NCBI GenBank assembly: GCA_002633005.1
Contig: NMRA01000169.1
Coordinates: 154,397 to 218,396 of the forward strand
Source: Phoronis australis
Taxonomy: Eukaryota; Animalia; Phoronida
Length of the DNA: 64,000 nt
Direction of reading: 5' to 3'
Shown here: in pieces, positions 12,301 through 24,289 of the stretch
Position numbering within the stretch: the stretch's first letter is position 1
Layout of the letters: every line of letters begins with the position of its first letter
Notes under the pieces: generated by a model
Database searches by the model: none
Seen by the model: only the letters and a program-made list of their open reading frames with translations
What the model was told of the DNA's origin: nothing
Position numbers and translations under genes: made by a program

Positions 12301-13434
12301 TTTTTCATGAAGACTTTTGCTACCAACTAATCAAAGAAAGATAACGCAACAATAATTTTATGATTCTTCTTTAAAATAATCGTGTAAGAAAATCGCAATT
12401 TATGTTTTAAAAAATCATTAAAAAAGACTATATAATTATTTAGTAAAGAATCCTCATAAAAATTTTGCTCGTTTACTAAAATCCTTCCATATGTAAAATA
12501 TCTAAAGTGACAATACTGCATTCGCATTTGTATACGTCATTGTACTGCTTGCTATTAAAATAAGTCAAATGGTATAAATGTTCACGCTTGAATAAATCGT
12601 CAAAGGGCAAGTGTTCCTATAACCGTCATTTTACGAGTTTTCGTTTTGACCATGTCTTCAGTATATTTTTAATTTCGAAAAAGTAAAATTAAAATTTAAG
12701 GTGTTGTCTAAATTTACATTTCGCAATTCTATACATCCCATTTTAGTGTCCAGCGTTGATAATGATTAACTTTTTTGAAAACTTTTTACTTCCAATCCAA
12801 ATTACATTTCATATAAAATAATCAACTTCAAACCAGTAATATCTGCATAGAAATTGTTGTCTCTGCCAAGGAGCATGGGAACCCATCTAAAATAAATATT
12901 GTAGAAGTCAAAACGCTAGCATTTGAGGTACTCGAAATCTTAACCAAACGTTCACTTACGCCAATGTAGGAAAACCAGTAAACTGGAACCTGTTTACAGG
13001 AACATGCTTTTGGTAAAAGTGCGGCTAACCTACCACCATACAAAAATGAAAGAGTGAAAGTGAGCCGTAAAATGCATCGAATCAATACATAGATTAACAA
13101 ATTAATACATACATGTAGATCAACAAATCAATAATACATCTTTTGTGCTAAAGATTCTCGAGGCACACATCATTCCGATTTCGCTGAAGTTAAAGTTCAA
13201 CGCAAATTAAAAATCAGTTCACACGTCTACAAGTTGTCTGTGATATCACCGGATGTTTACGAGCCGACAACCGCTCCAAGACAACGCCTTTGAAAGCCGA
13301 CTGCATCGCTGTAGATGAAGGTTTAGGCATGGTTGTGGTTGCACGGATAGAGTTAACCTCAAACTGAGTAACACAAGGTGCCATACCCTTAGGTGGCATT
13401 CAGTACTTAATTTTTAGAGGCATAGTCGAATTCC

Positions 13435-13568
13435 NNNNNNNNNNNNNNNNNNNNNNNNNNNNNNNNNNNNNNNNNNNNNNNNNNNNNNNNNNNNNNNNNN
13501 NNNNNNNNNNNNNNNNNNNNNNNNNNNNNNNNNNNNNNNNNNNNNNNNNNNNNNNNNNNNNNNNNNNN
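13435..13568. other. Assembly gap (N run)
   Basis: Run of n. Confidence 1.
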
Positions 13569-14021
13569 ACTTAGATCTCGGATGTACCATCTTCCACACA
13601 AACATTCTTGTTTCAGATAAAACGAAGTAAAACTTGTCTCAACTCAAACTGTAAAACGGATGTTCAACCCCAACTCTATTAACACTAAAATCAAAACCTC
13701 AGACACTTGTTTTAGTGGAAGGTCAAGTAACTTAATGGTCATTACATAACAGTATGCCAATGTAGGTCACATATGGCACTCTGTAGCAGGGCACTCATAA
13801 TAACAGTGACATCTTTTGGGAGACACTGTACAGAGTTATATATAGGATGTTGTGATGAAACCAAGTTGTTGAGAGAATACACGTGTAGGCACTGTACATA
13901 CCAAATAACAGTTTCTGATAGGTCTGAAATTGTGGGGCATTATATATACCCCACAATTTTTTGCAACCCCACAGTAAAGGTCTCATATATAAAAATGCCC
14001 CGGATCTGTATAGTTCTCTTA

Positions 14022-14023
<2 letters not shown>

Positions 14024-14054
<31 letters not shown>
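14024..14054. repeat. (TA)n microsatellite
   Basis: Direct reading. Confidence 0.95.
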
Positions 14055-14055
<1 letters not shown>

Positions 14056-14989
14056 CCTTTTATCTCGGCAGATTGTCACCCACCTTTACAGTTCAACATA
14101 TTATATAACTTTTGTAATTACCGATATCTGTAGTAGTTTAGTTTGTCATAATATATATGACCTTTTATCTCATCTACAAGTGTTGTTTCACTGTAAACTA
14201 AGCTTCGGTATCGCTTCGCAGAGCGCATGTAAATGATGGTACGGCCGTGAAATAACTGTGTTATCACACCGTGAAATACGTTAAATCTTGTTTTCCGTAT
14301 ATTTCCTAGAGAAGATAACCGCTATCATCTCTAGACAAATAACCGTGGCGAAGTCGTAAGAATTACGGTATTTGGCGGGCTAAATCCATAATAATTACGA
14401 TTGTTGATTTAAGTCATCTCCTTATGTAGTACGACTCACGTCTCACAATTCTGTACTGAAGTTAGTGTCACCAATACTTGAAAAACACCTTACACATGAC
14501 AACTGGACCAAATATAGAGCACAGATGATAAACAAATCTGTCAAACACCAACTAAATTTTTAATTTCATCAAAACTTTATGAAAATCAAGGCGAAAACAG
14601 TGGCGGATCTAGGATATCATAAAAGGGGCAAACTTTTGTCCGATAGACGATCACGCGTAGAGGCTCGTAGGGGAAATTTTGTTTTTGCCTCTGAAACCAA
14701 GCATTTTCTTTGATTTCTGGAGTATTGTCAACATTTTCCTTTGGCTGGTCGATGTTTGCGATTAGCGAGCCTAAATCCCACGACCCAGAACGCATTCTGG
14801 AATCCGACGTCACTGCACGGCAAGTTTTGTACTCGACAAGTTGGCCGGTCTAAACAAAACCTTGATTATAGACTTTCACCAGCTTTATCTATCTTCTTTG
14901 TCCGATGGCGAACAGATACGCAAAGAGGCTCATGATTTATGTGGTCATGCCACATACTCAAACGACTCATTCACATATTAAAACACTGT

Positions 14990-15187
14990 GAGTATTAACA
15001 TCACCTCCTGAAAGCAGGCATTTTAATTAAACAAATTATTATTATTTTAAAGCATTTAAGCAGTTTAATCGCGGAATCGCCGCTTATGATTTAAACACGG
15101 AAAATCTTATATTAGATGGACTCAAACTCACGACCTCTTGATAAGAGACAGAAAGCGTGCACTCGTCAACTGCGCCACCACGCTTCC
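14990..15187 (-). mobile_element. Degenerate tRNA-derived SINE, related to the copy at 39260
   Basis: Minus strand GGAAGCGTGGTGGCGCAGTTGACGAGTGCACGCTTTCT...GAGGTCGTGAGTTTGAGTCC (A and B boxes) aligns with the 39260 head; 3' extent uncertain. Confidence 0.6.
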
Positions 15188-16964
15188 ACATAAGTCACTA
15201 TGCTAACATGGTAAGAGACATACTTGTTCATGATCCACAGCTTTCGCGCACGAATCTGCTCATTTCTGTAATGTCAGTTGCAAAACTTGTTGTGTTTAAA
15301 TAGTCTTAGATACCCAAACGACCAAATCCATTTTTCATGTTGGCATTACCCACGCGCTTGCTTTGCAAATCATCTTAATTTTAATGTTTGAAAAAGAAAG
15401 TATTACTAGTTTCTGAGTAATTCACAGAGGCTTCGATTACAGTTTACATCTTACCAGCAACTTCTGTTTCTTCATCGTCACTCAGCTTCGGTTTTCTTTA
15501 AAAAATGAAGTAATTTTCTTCATTGAACAGTGGAGCAGACGACGGAATAGGAGTGGTAGTGCGCAGCGCCCCTGCCGGTCGCATATCGACCGGGAGCGGC
15601 ATTACTTAGACACTTAGCCAGCCGTAGATGTCAATCAGACACTAAACCCCCCCCCGCACTCCCCCCACACACAAACTAAAACTTCACACATTGTCAAATC
15701 TTGTTTCGGCCGTGTAATGTTGATAAGCTGGGTTAATTGATAAACTCAGTTTTTTCCTCGCGCTTTTGCTGTGACGACAAAAGTGGGTTAGGAGTGTAGT
15801 ACACTGATGTGGGTTCTTATATCTCGGTGCATGATATGCAAACCGATTTAATACGAGGGCTAAGCCCGAGTTTAAATCGTCTTTCATGTCACGTTTCTCG
15901 ATATAATAACCCACAGCTCATCACGTACGTTATATCACTTGGATATCATTGTTACAGTTAAAGCATATCTTTTATTCTTAAGGCTTGAAATATGCAATTT
16001 AAATTGGATAAGCATGCCAAAACAAGCTTTCATTCAAATCACTCAAGTTACAAAAAATCAACATACTGAACTTGATCTTAATATTTGCATACAACGTCGA
16101 CACGATACTTTCACACATACGAAAGAAGCCAATACTTAACCGCTTGGAAAGTGACGATGTTTATTTGGTAGTTCTAATACATAAAGGTTATTGTTTTTTG
16201 TATTGGCAGTAGAAAACAGTGATTAACTCGGCCGGAATACAGGTATTTCTATGGGACGGCCACTTGCTTTATCATTCACGACACCTAGTAGTGAATATCG
16301 AATTCCCCTTTGTCGTGCTTTTATTGACAACAACACAGTCACGTGAGCAACAACGGAGTAAATAGAAAGTTCAGATCCCGGGGTAAGTTTTCTCCCGACA
16401 CGAGTAACCCGACTTTTGCTCACGGTAGTGAACAATTAGCCTTGGTTGACGTCAGCACTTCGGATTTTGAATCCTATCCCTCATCGGCAGACAGTTGATA
16501 TGTGGCTCAGGTGTCCAGTTGGGTTATGGCTGCTCACTGTTAAATTAAAGCTTTCACAGACTTGATTAAGTTGCTTTGGTATTCGTCTTAAGGAAATCCA
16601 TTCAGCGACTTCGAATGAAAAAATTATTCATCTATGAGAGGAGCTACATTAATTTGAAGGATGAATGTCACGGATTCAGCACAATATCTTTTGTTAGTAA
16701 ACTGCTTTGTAGTGAAACTTGACATCCCATACTTTGTGTAATTAAATGAGGCACAACACTATGATCCAGACAGGAATTGGGTAACTCAACATACCACGCG
16801 TAGTATATTTAACGAAATTTACTTACGTGTAGCATGGTCTAAGTCATTAGGAGGATAAAGAAACAATTTGTGGTGAATCAATTGTTGATAAAAATTTTTC
16901 TTCTCCCAAATTGTGCCAATTTCCATGAATCGCACTCCTTCAGTTCGTATGCATCTTCCGTGAA

Positions 16965-18971
16965 TTATTTGTGAGGCATTACTCGAACGCTGGCAACCAT
17001 ATACACCCTTCCGTCTCGATATCGGAGCCTCTTGTTCCGGGGTCTGAAAATTTTCGTCATGAACCAAGATATTCTTCTTTCGATCGTTAGCCCAGCCGAA
17101 AGTCTGTGAAGTTCTGTCACTACATCACGATAGTCGGCGATTTGTGTGACGCTACTGGACATGACAGCGATTAGAAAATTCAAAAGCAAGATGGCGACTA
17201 CGCCAACATAAACCACGTGTAGAAGACTTGCAATTGCGCCTTCTGGTGTAGACAATTCAATTCCGTTTCCAATGACTTGTATCATATTCAACATCATTGC
17301 GAAGGTTGAATAAAGGCTTGAGTCGACATTGTTAAAATTTGAATCCAGACACTGACTGCCAAACAAGGCAAAAAATGTCATAAAGAAAGAAATGAATATG
17401 AGACCGTAGATGACGAGGAAGTCTGCTATATTTGACATCATTTCTTGGAAAACTATGACGAAATATCCAATTCTAGGCATGAGCCTCAGGAAGTATAGCA
17501 GCGACCAGATGTTGGTTGTACATCCAAGAGCAATACAGAGGTAAATAATGAAAGTCTGGTGAGGTAAGCGGTCTGTACGCGATGGCGGTCGAAGCATCTC
17601 CAAAACAATGGCAGAGCATACGGTATGGATGACGTCACAAACATAGAAAAAAGAAAGTCTGATTACTTTGAGTTGTTTTGCTTCGCTGCTTAAAATTGGT
17701 TCTGTCAACTTCCGGTCTCTGACAAAAACAACCAAGTCTGCCACATGCGATGCTATTGTTAAAATTAAACGCAAATACAAAAACGAAGAGACAACCTTAA
17801 TGGAAGTGTCTTTGTTTGTTCTAAAGATGGGTTTTTCGAAGCAAAAAGATTCGAAAGTGGAAATATTTGTGCTATTATCAAATAGCAGTTGCCGACGTTT
17901 GCTGATATTGTCGTAGAAAAGTTTCAAAAGCATATCTTGAAAGAACAACGTGAACACGACGCTATGTGTCAGGCGGTAAATACACCAAAACAGCAAGGGA
18001 AAGAAATAATATCGTTGCAATATGTTAGCAAACCTCATCAAGGGAGATCTTAAAAAATTTTGGGTGTCTGTTTTTGAAATTTGTTCGAATGTTACATTCA
18101 TTACAAGAGCCAATGGTGATCTGTTTAACCGTTGTCCCTCATGTGTGTAATCGGTGATATCGAACCATGCTATCTCATGCGTTCCCATGTTAGTGCGCGT
18201 AAATTTGTATACACCCTCAGTGTTCAATATTCGCCTTGAAATTGGAAAAGCAGATATCCGCATTGCGAGCTCAAATGGTCGGTAGCCATTTATATCTTCC
18301 GCCATCAACAAATTCTGTATTTTTTCGTAGCCGCCATCTTGTTTTCTCAAGTATTCCACGATGACGTCATACACTTCACCAACTTCCGGATATTCGGTAC
18401 TCGATACTACCAAACAGTGCACCACATTCCAACCCATGAAACTGGATTTCAAAACGTCTGCCCCGCTCTCCAATAATTTAATAGTCAGCTCATCGTGGCC
18501 GCAGATTGCTGCCAGTTGAAATGTGTACAGGCCAGCAATTCCCAAAAAGGTTTCATTTTGTTTTTGCTGAAATTTCGCAAATCTCTGAAGCTGACCTTTA
18601 TAAATCCAACCATTCATGGATTCGTACATGTCCTCGACATCTTTGAAGTAAAAGTGACCGCGAATCAGTTTTTCTCTTTCTTCAGGTAGAGCCTGTTCGA
18701 GAGTTTTCTCGGCATTTTCCACGTTCCCTTGCGCAAGCGCTGCTGCCCAATAACCGTATTTCTCAAAAGAGAGACATTTATTTCCGTTCAATTGTTCATT
18801 GATCACCGAATCATGCGCATTCCCCGTTGGCAATGTCATAGATGTTTCCCTTCCTGCACCGTAGTTCCGTAAGTCAGGACTCGATTTCGCACTTTCTCTT
18901 ACATTTAGTGAGAAACACTCCACACAATTCTGTTCTTCTTCTTCAACTGGCGAAAATGAGCTGACATTCAT
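16965..18971 (-). CDS. Intronless TRPV5/6-like cation channel, subtype B (668 aa from first ATG)
   Basis: Same architecture as 6973..8823 with a longer N-terminus; pore LYSTFAMMLNMIQ, S6 LLLNFLIAVMS. The ORF-track start at 18998 is a TTG; the first in-frame ATG is at 18971. Confidence 0.9.
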   Translation of the reverse strand: MNVSSFSPVEEEEQNCVECFSLNVRESAKSSPDLRNYGAGRETSMTLPTGNAHDSVINEQLNGNKCLSFEKYGYWAAALAQGNVENAEKTLEQALPEEREKLIRGHFYFKDVEDMYESMNGWIYKGQLQRFAKFQQKQNETFLGIAGLYTFQLAAICGHDELTIKLLESGADVLKSSFMGWNVVHCLVVSSTEYPEVGEVYDVIVEYLRKQDGGYEKIQNLLMAEDINGYRPFELAMRISAFPISRRILNTEGVYKFTRTNMGTHEIAWFDITDYTHEGQRLNRSPLALVMNVTFEQISKTDTQNFLRSPLMRFANILQRYYFFPLLFWCIYRLTHSVVFTLFFQDMLLKLFYDNISKRRQLLFDNSTNISTFESFCFEKPIFRTNKDTSIKVVSSFLYLRLILTIASHVADLVVFVRDRKLTEPILSSEAKQLKVIRLSFFYVCDVIHTVCSAIVLEMLRPPSRTDRLPHQTFIIYLCIALGCTTNIWSLLYFLRLMPRIGYFVIVFQEMMSNIADFLVIYGLIFISFFMTFFALFGSQCLDSNFNNVDSSLYSTFAMMLNMIQVIGNGIELSTPEGAIASLLHVVYVGVVAILLLNFLIAVMSSSVTQIADYRDVVTELHRLSAGLTIERRISWFMTKIFRPRNKRLRYRDGRVYMVASVRVMPHK

Positions 18972-21189
18972 GGTAACGATCTGTTTTGTGAGAGGCAAGC
19001 CAAGAACTGTAGATTTTGCAATTGTGAGAAGAGCGACGTTTCTCAGGCGAAACTTTCAGCGGTTGTGATACAAAATATCACTATCGCCGTGAATCTCGAG
19101 AAAAATGTCAATGCATTAATTATTCAAGCTGCTCAATGCGTTTTAGGTGTTAACTAATGGAAAAACAAATAGATGCACCATTAGGGATTTAATGCAAAAA
19201 GTATGAGCGATTGACAAACACTGCTTTTATCGAAGCATGGTTCGAGTTTTATGCCACTAGAATATGACGCTTGTACTCAGTGTTCTCAGGGGATTTTCGT
19301 AAAAAGACCAAGCTCGTTCGATACCATGGTGGTAAATTTTCGTGTGACGTTATATTGTACATTACCACACGCACAAATCATATGTTTGTGTAGCGACTTT
19401 ACCGCCAAATCCTACCCTTGTCTTTTCTAACAGAGATTTAAGGTATTAGAAATTGTTTTTTTGATCGTTAATTTAGGGCAACTAATATATCGAAGATTTA
19501 ATTTCTTACCTTCACTGTGGCTGCTCGCCACTGACTTTATAACACTATGTACGTGAACGATATACTGGCTAAAAATTATCTTTTGCAAAAAAAATAAGAA
19601 AAACTTGATCGCTATTGAGTGACTGATACTCAGAAAATCTCTGGTATCTAGGAAACACATTTCTAAAGCATTCTATCATTCTTACCTTAAATACTCAAAC
19701 AATATTAAACATTTTCTCTATGTTACGGTTTCACAGTTCCGACACTAAGTGAAGTTTATCTTGCAAGACCACATAAGTCTTCGAGAACAATTGCAATGGA
19801 TTACAAAGCATGGGATGTCATTGGCTAATTTGGTTTCTACAATACTTTTAAGCATCACTCTGAACCGTAAACACATTAACTTCAAGAATTTTTTTAACTA
19901 TATTGAACGTTTGAGGCCTATCAATTTACAGTTTACATTCGTCTTCGACACTTCATGTTCGTTCATTAAAAATTTACTCATCTATTAAAAATTTACACCT
20001 ATGATCTTAGTTGTTTACCACAACCCAGCTATTTTAGAGGCAGAAAGTGAATTTAAAACATTTATTTAGAACCACAACACAAACACATACACACAAAATG
20101 ACAGCACGGGTGGTTGCACGTGGCTCCCCCTGAAAGGAGTAAAACCTCTAAAAATCAGAGGTCACTAAGGTGACTTAGTACAGTCCGGAAATCTAAGTTA
20201 AGTTGCGTTCTCACCATCAATGTAACACTTGCAGTCGCACAAGATTGCATTGAAACACAATTATAACGATGATTACGAAAATGACGACAACGACGACGAA
20301 AACAATAACCATCTTTTGTACAATACGGTCTATGTCTATTAGTATTTTACAACTAAATCATTTGGTCTTGAATGACAATTACAAGCCTGTTTGTGATACA
20401 GAGTGGATGGAACCATTGAGTGCACAACCGAACATTGAGATTCTTGAATAAATTGCGACTTGTAGACTTTTACTCTTGCGCAATGCCACCTAAACTTGAA
20501 AAACAAAGAATCATCGCTGGCCGTCATGCATGTTGAGCCGAGACTATATAGGCCTACACTATGTGCATGTCTTATGAATTATCCCGAGGGAGAACATGGT
20601 TGTAAGACAAATGTAAAAAGGTTGTCTAAATATCAGTTATTGTTTGATTCAGATGGTTGTAATTTGAAATGTGAAAGGTACATTGTATTCCTTTTACGAC
20701 CTAAACTTTAGAATTCAGAAATTAACTCTCACAAAACTATCTCAAAATCTCCCATAAAATAGTGGCAGCTGATTACTACCAACAATAAAAACTGAAGCGC
20801 CACCTGCCTTTGACATGAAACTGCAATTTTGGACGTGGTGGCCAACCCCGTCAAAAGTCTTATTTCTTTTTGACACTTCTTTCACTTCGTGACGTCATGA
20901 AAGATGTGTTTGAAGAACGAAACCACGGTGTTGAAAGGTTTTAGGCATCGCAATCGTGTATTTGGGTAACCAGCATAACAATTCCCAAAGTGATTACAAA
21001 ATATACCCCTTTAAGACACATTGATGTCCATTATTTCCACTTCTATTGAATATAGCCATATTTTCATCAATCGAACGACACCACATAGATAAGCAGAGTT
21101 CTAAACCACAATCACGTGATTACACTGGAACAGATATTCACGAGCTAGAACGGGCACAATAAAGTGCTGTTTACAATAGTTCATATACT

Positions 21190-21195
21190 TTTATT
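21190..21195 (-). terminator. Candidate polyadenylation signal (AATAAA) of the 21400..23232 gene
   Basis: AATAAA on the minus strand ~205 nt after the stop codon. Confidence 0.4.
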
Positions 21196-21399
21196 ATTGA
21201 TCATACACGCATTAGATTTTTTACTTTCCTCAGCTTCTTCAAACAAATATTAGCAAAAACCAGACTATTGGTTTTTCATTGGTTTAGATACAAATTTGTT
21301 TCGACACAGACTGGAGCTAGAAATGAGGATTCCTTGACCTCAATTGCTGGTGGAGAGGTAACTTCACATCTGTTGCACCTGGTTGACTACGGGCATGCA

Positions 21400-23232
21400 T
21401 CAAATTCTCCGCGGTACGCTGCACACCATGTAAACTCTCCCGTGTAGATAGCAAAGCCGAGGACTCCTGATTCTGTGTATTTTTTTTAGCAGCCACGATA
21501 GTCGTCTCTCAATCGCAAGGACGGTAGATAATCTGTGCAGGTGAATCACAAGTCTGCGACATTCGCTTACTTGGGTGACGCCGTTTGACATAATGGCAAT
21601 CAGGAAGTTCAGAAGCAAGATAGCGACCACCCCAACATAAACCACGTGAAGAAGACTGGCAACTGCGCCTTCTGGTGTTGACAATTCTATCCCATTTCCA
21701 ATAACTTCTACCATGTTTAACATCATAGTAAAAGTTGAGTACAGGCTTGAATCAAGATCATCAAAATTTCCCAGACATTTGCTTCCAAACAAACTATAAA
21801 ATGTTATAGAAAAGGATAGGAATATTAAGCCGTAAATGACGAGGAAATGAGCGAGATTCGTCATCATTTCCTGAAATACGATGACAAAATACCCTACTCT
21901 CGGAGCAAGTCTAACGAAATACAACAATGACCAGATGTTTGTAATGCAAGCAAGTGCAACACACAAGAATATAAAAAAACGTGCATCTGAATTATAGCGT
22001 GAAGGTGGACGGAGCATTTCTAACACGATAACCGAGCAAATGGTATGAAGTGCATCACAAATATAGAAGAAGTATAAACTGATCACTTTTGTTTCTCTAG
22101 TTTCAGAATCTAATACGGGTTGGGACACCTTACGGTCTTTAAAGTATGAATAGAAATCAGCAGTGTGCGCCAAAATAGTGAAAAACAAACGCACATATAA
22201 ATATGTACTTACTAAACCAAATGTCGCGTTTAGGTCAGTGTGAAGAATTGTTTTCTGAAAACAAGTCGTAAGATTTGTTTCAGAACTTGAGCCATTTCCA
22301 AAGCTACTTCGTAAATGTTCAAAAAACAGTTTCATAACCATATCTTGGAACAAAAGTATAAAAGAAAGCGCATGCGTAAAGCGGTAAGCACACCAAATTA
22401 CCCCCAGAAAGAAGTAATATCTCTGGGATATCCTCGCGAATTGCATAAGAGGAGATAGCAAAAAATCATTACTATTTATCGTCGACACCCGTTCAAACGT
22501 TGTGTACATGAGAAGTGCCAAGGGTGATCGACTGAGCCTCTCTCCCCCTATAACGTAGTCCGTGATGTCGAACCATGCTTTTTCATGGGTTCCCATATTC
22601 ATACGTGTAAATTTGTACACTCCCTCGGTGTTTACTATTTTTTTCGCCATTCCAAAAGACGATATTCTCATTGATAGCTCTAGAGGTCTGTAACCATTGA
22701 TATCTTCCGTCATCAGCAATTTCCTCAATACGTCAATGCCGCCATCTTGCTTTTGCAAGTAGTCTACTATAACGTCATAAACTGCACCTACATCCCTATA
22801 TTCGCCATTGGTCACCGCAAGGCAGTGCACTATGTTCCATCCCATGAAACCAGTTGCTAACACGTCTGCCCCTTCATCTAGTAAAGCTTTAGCTACTTCC
22901 CCATGTCCACTCATTGCGGCTAAGTGGATCACATGCAAGCTGTCAATACCGGAAGCATCGCCATTTTGTTCCTGTTGAAGTTTTACATATTTCCGCAGTT
23001 GATTCATGCAAAGCCACATGCTGATGCAATCGTAAACGTCTTCGGCTTCGGAAAACTGAAACTGTCCTCTCACCAGTTTATCCCTTTCATCTGTTTCATC
23101 AAGAATCGTTTGAATCTCCTCAATGTTACCTTTTGTAAGTGCCGAAGCCCAATATCCGTATGTTACAAAAGGAAGAACCACCTTCTTGTCCTTCTCAACA
23201 GGCCCCGCATTACACTCCGGAGCAACTGACAT
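21400..23232 (-). CDS. Intronless TRPV5/6-like cation channel, subtype A (610 aa)
   Basis: Closest to 6973..8823 (MSV.P start, YDCISxWxCMxQLRKYV, RLAPRVGYF); pore LYSTFTMMLNMVE. Confidence 0.92.
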   Translation of the reverse strand: MSVAPECNAGPVEKDKKVVLPFVTYGYWASALTKGNIEEIQTILDETDERDKLVRGQFQFSEAEDVYDCISMWLCMNQLRKYVKLQQEQNGDASGIDSLHVIHLAAMSGHGEVAKALLDEGADVLATGFMGWNIVHCLAVTNGEYRDVGAVYDVIVDYLQKQDGGIDVLRKLLMTEDINGYRPLELSMRISSFGMAKKIVNTEGVYKFTRMNMGTHEKAWFDITDYVIGGERLSRSPLALLMYTTFERVSTINSNDFLLSPLMQFARISQRYYFFLGVIWCAYRFTHALSFILLFQDMVMKLFFEHLRSSFGNGSSSETNLTTCFQKTILHTDLNATFGLVSTYLYVRLFFTILAHTADFYSYFKDRKVSQPVLDSETRETKVISLYFFYICDALHTICSVIVLEMLRPPSRYNSDARFFIFLCVALACITNIWSLLYFVRLAPRVGYFVIVFQEMMTNLAHFLVIYGLIFLSFSITFYSLFGSKCLGNFDDLDSSLYSTFTMMLNMVEVIGNGIELSTPEGAVASLLHVVYVGVVAILLLNFLIAIMSNGVTQVSECRRLVIHLHRLSTVLAIERRLSWLLKKIHRIRSPRLCYLHGRVYMVCSVPRRI

Positions 23233-24289
23233 TTCGTTAGCGCCCTATGAAAACTTGATTAGACGTAGGAAGCACAATAATTGGTCGTTTTGAAGGCTAA
23301 CATTGAATTACTTGATCGTTAATTATCTCACGCTGGACTCAAATTTCACACTAAGATGGACACATGGGTGGCCTGTCACGTCAAACAGGTTCCTTGATAA
23401 ATGGCAAAAACTGATTGACCGCTGCTTAGTTGATGGGCGTGGGTATGTTTGGGGCTTCCTTTGTTCAAGATCTTATCAATCAATATTCTGATAACACCAA
23501 GAGTGGACATGCCAATTAAGACAAATGTATCTAATATTTGAGATGACTGTTTAAACTACTCAACCTTTTGTCAGTTAGGCTAGTTGTTTCTCCCACAAAA
23601 CTAAAAATTTGATGATATAGATCAGGGCAAAAACGTAAAACGGCCTTAATCGATCTCTATTTATTTAGCAAACTGCACAAATATATCAAGAACTTTTCAC
23701 GTTTGCTATTATTTTGAAATGTCCACAAAATGCGCAAAACCATTTGCGCTGTGTTTGTATTGGGAGCGTATTCGATTGATTATTGTGATGTGGGTGTAGT
23801 ACTCAATAGAATTTACATGAAACATTTTCCATAAAAGAGCTTAAGAGCCTTGCGCATTAAGGTAGACTAAAATTCTTTCTCGACCACAATGATTTTAAAC
23901 CCACTGCGAAAGTTAATTTAGATCGGTAAAAACTTAGCACGGTAATACAGACGGGACTAACGAGCGGTTCGACCGGTGCGTACTCAAAAAACAAGACAAA
24001 GAGGACCATCTATTGTTCATTTTTTCATATTCATAATTTAGTCTGTTTTCCATTAGAATATACTGAAACACCTCCTTTTTGAACATGTTGATTGGGAGAG
24101 AAGCATTTCTGAGCATTTGGTGTTAGATGTGATACCTTCCTAGACAGATAAGTAAATTTTGATTGTATCTCAGTTGTGTAATTTGCTAAAGAAAACGTCT
24201 CTTGACGACAGATTAAGTAAAGATTATGCTTTAGCAATTTGCCAATAACAAATTGGAAATGACTGATTGCAGACCAGAAATTATTGGTC

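Noticed and set aside
18972-18998. ORF-track N-terminal extension of the B-type channel
   Set aside because: Begins at TTG; the eukaryotic start is more likely the ATG at 18971
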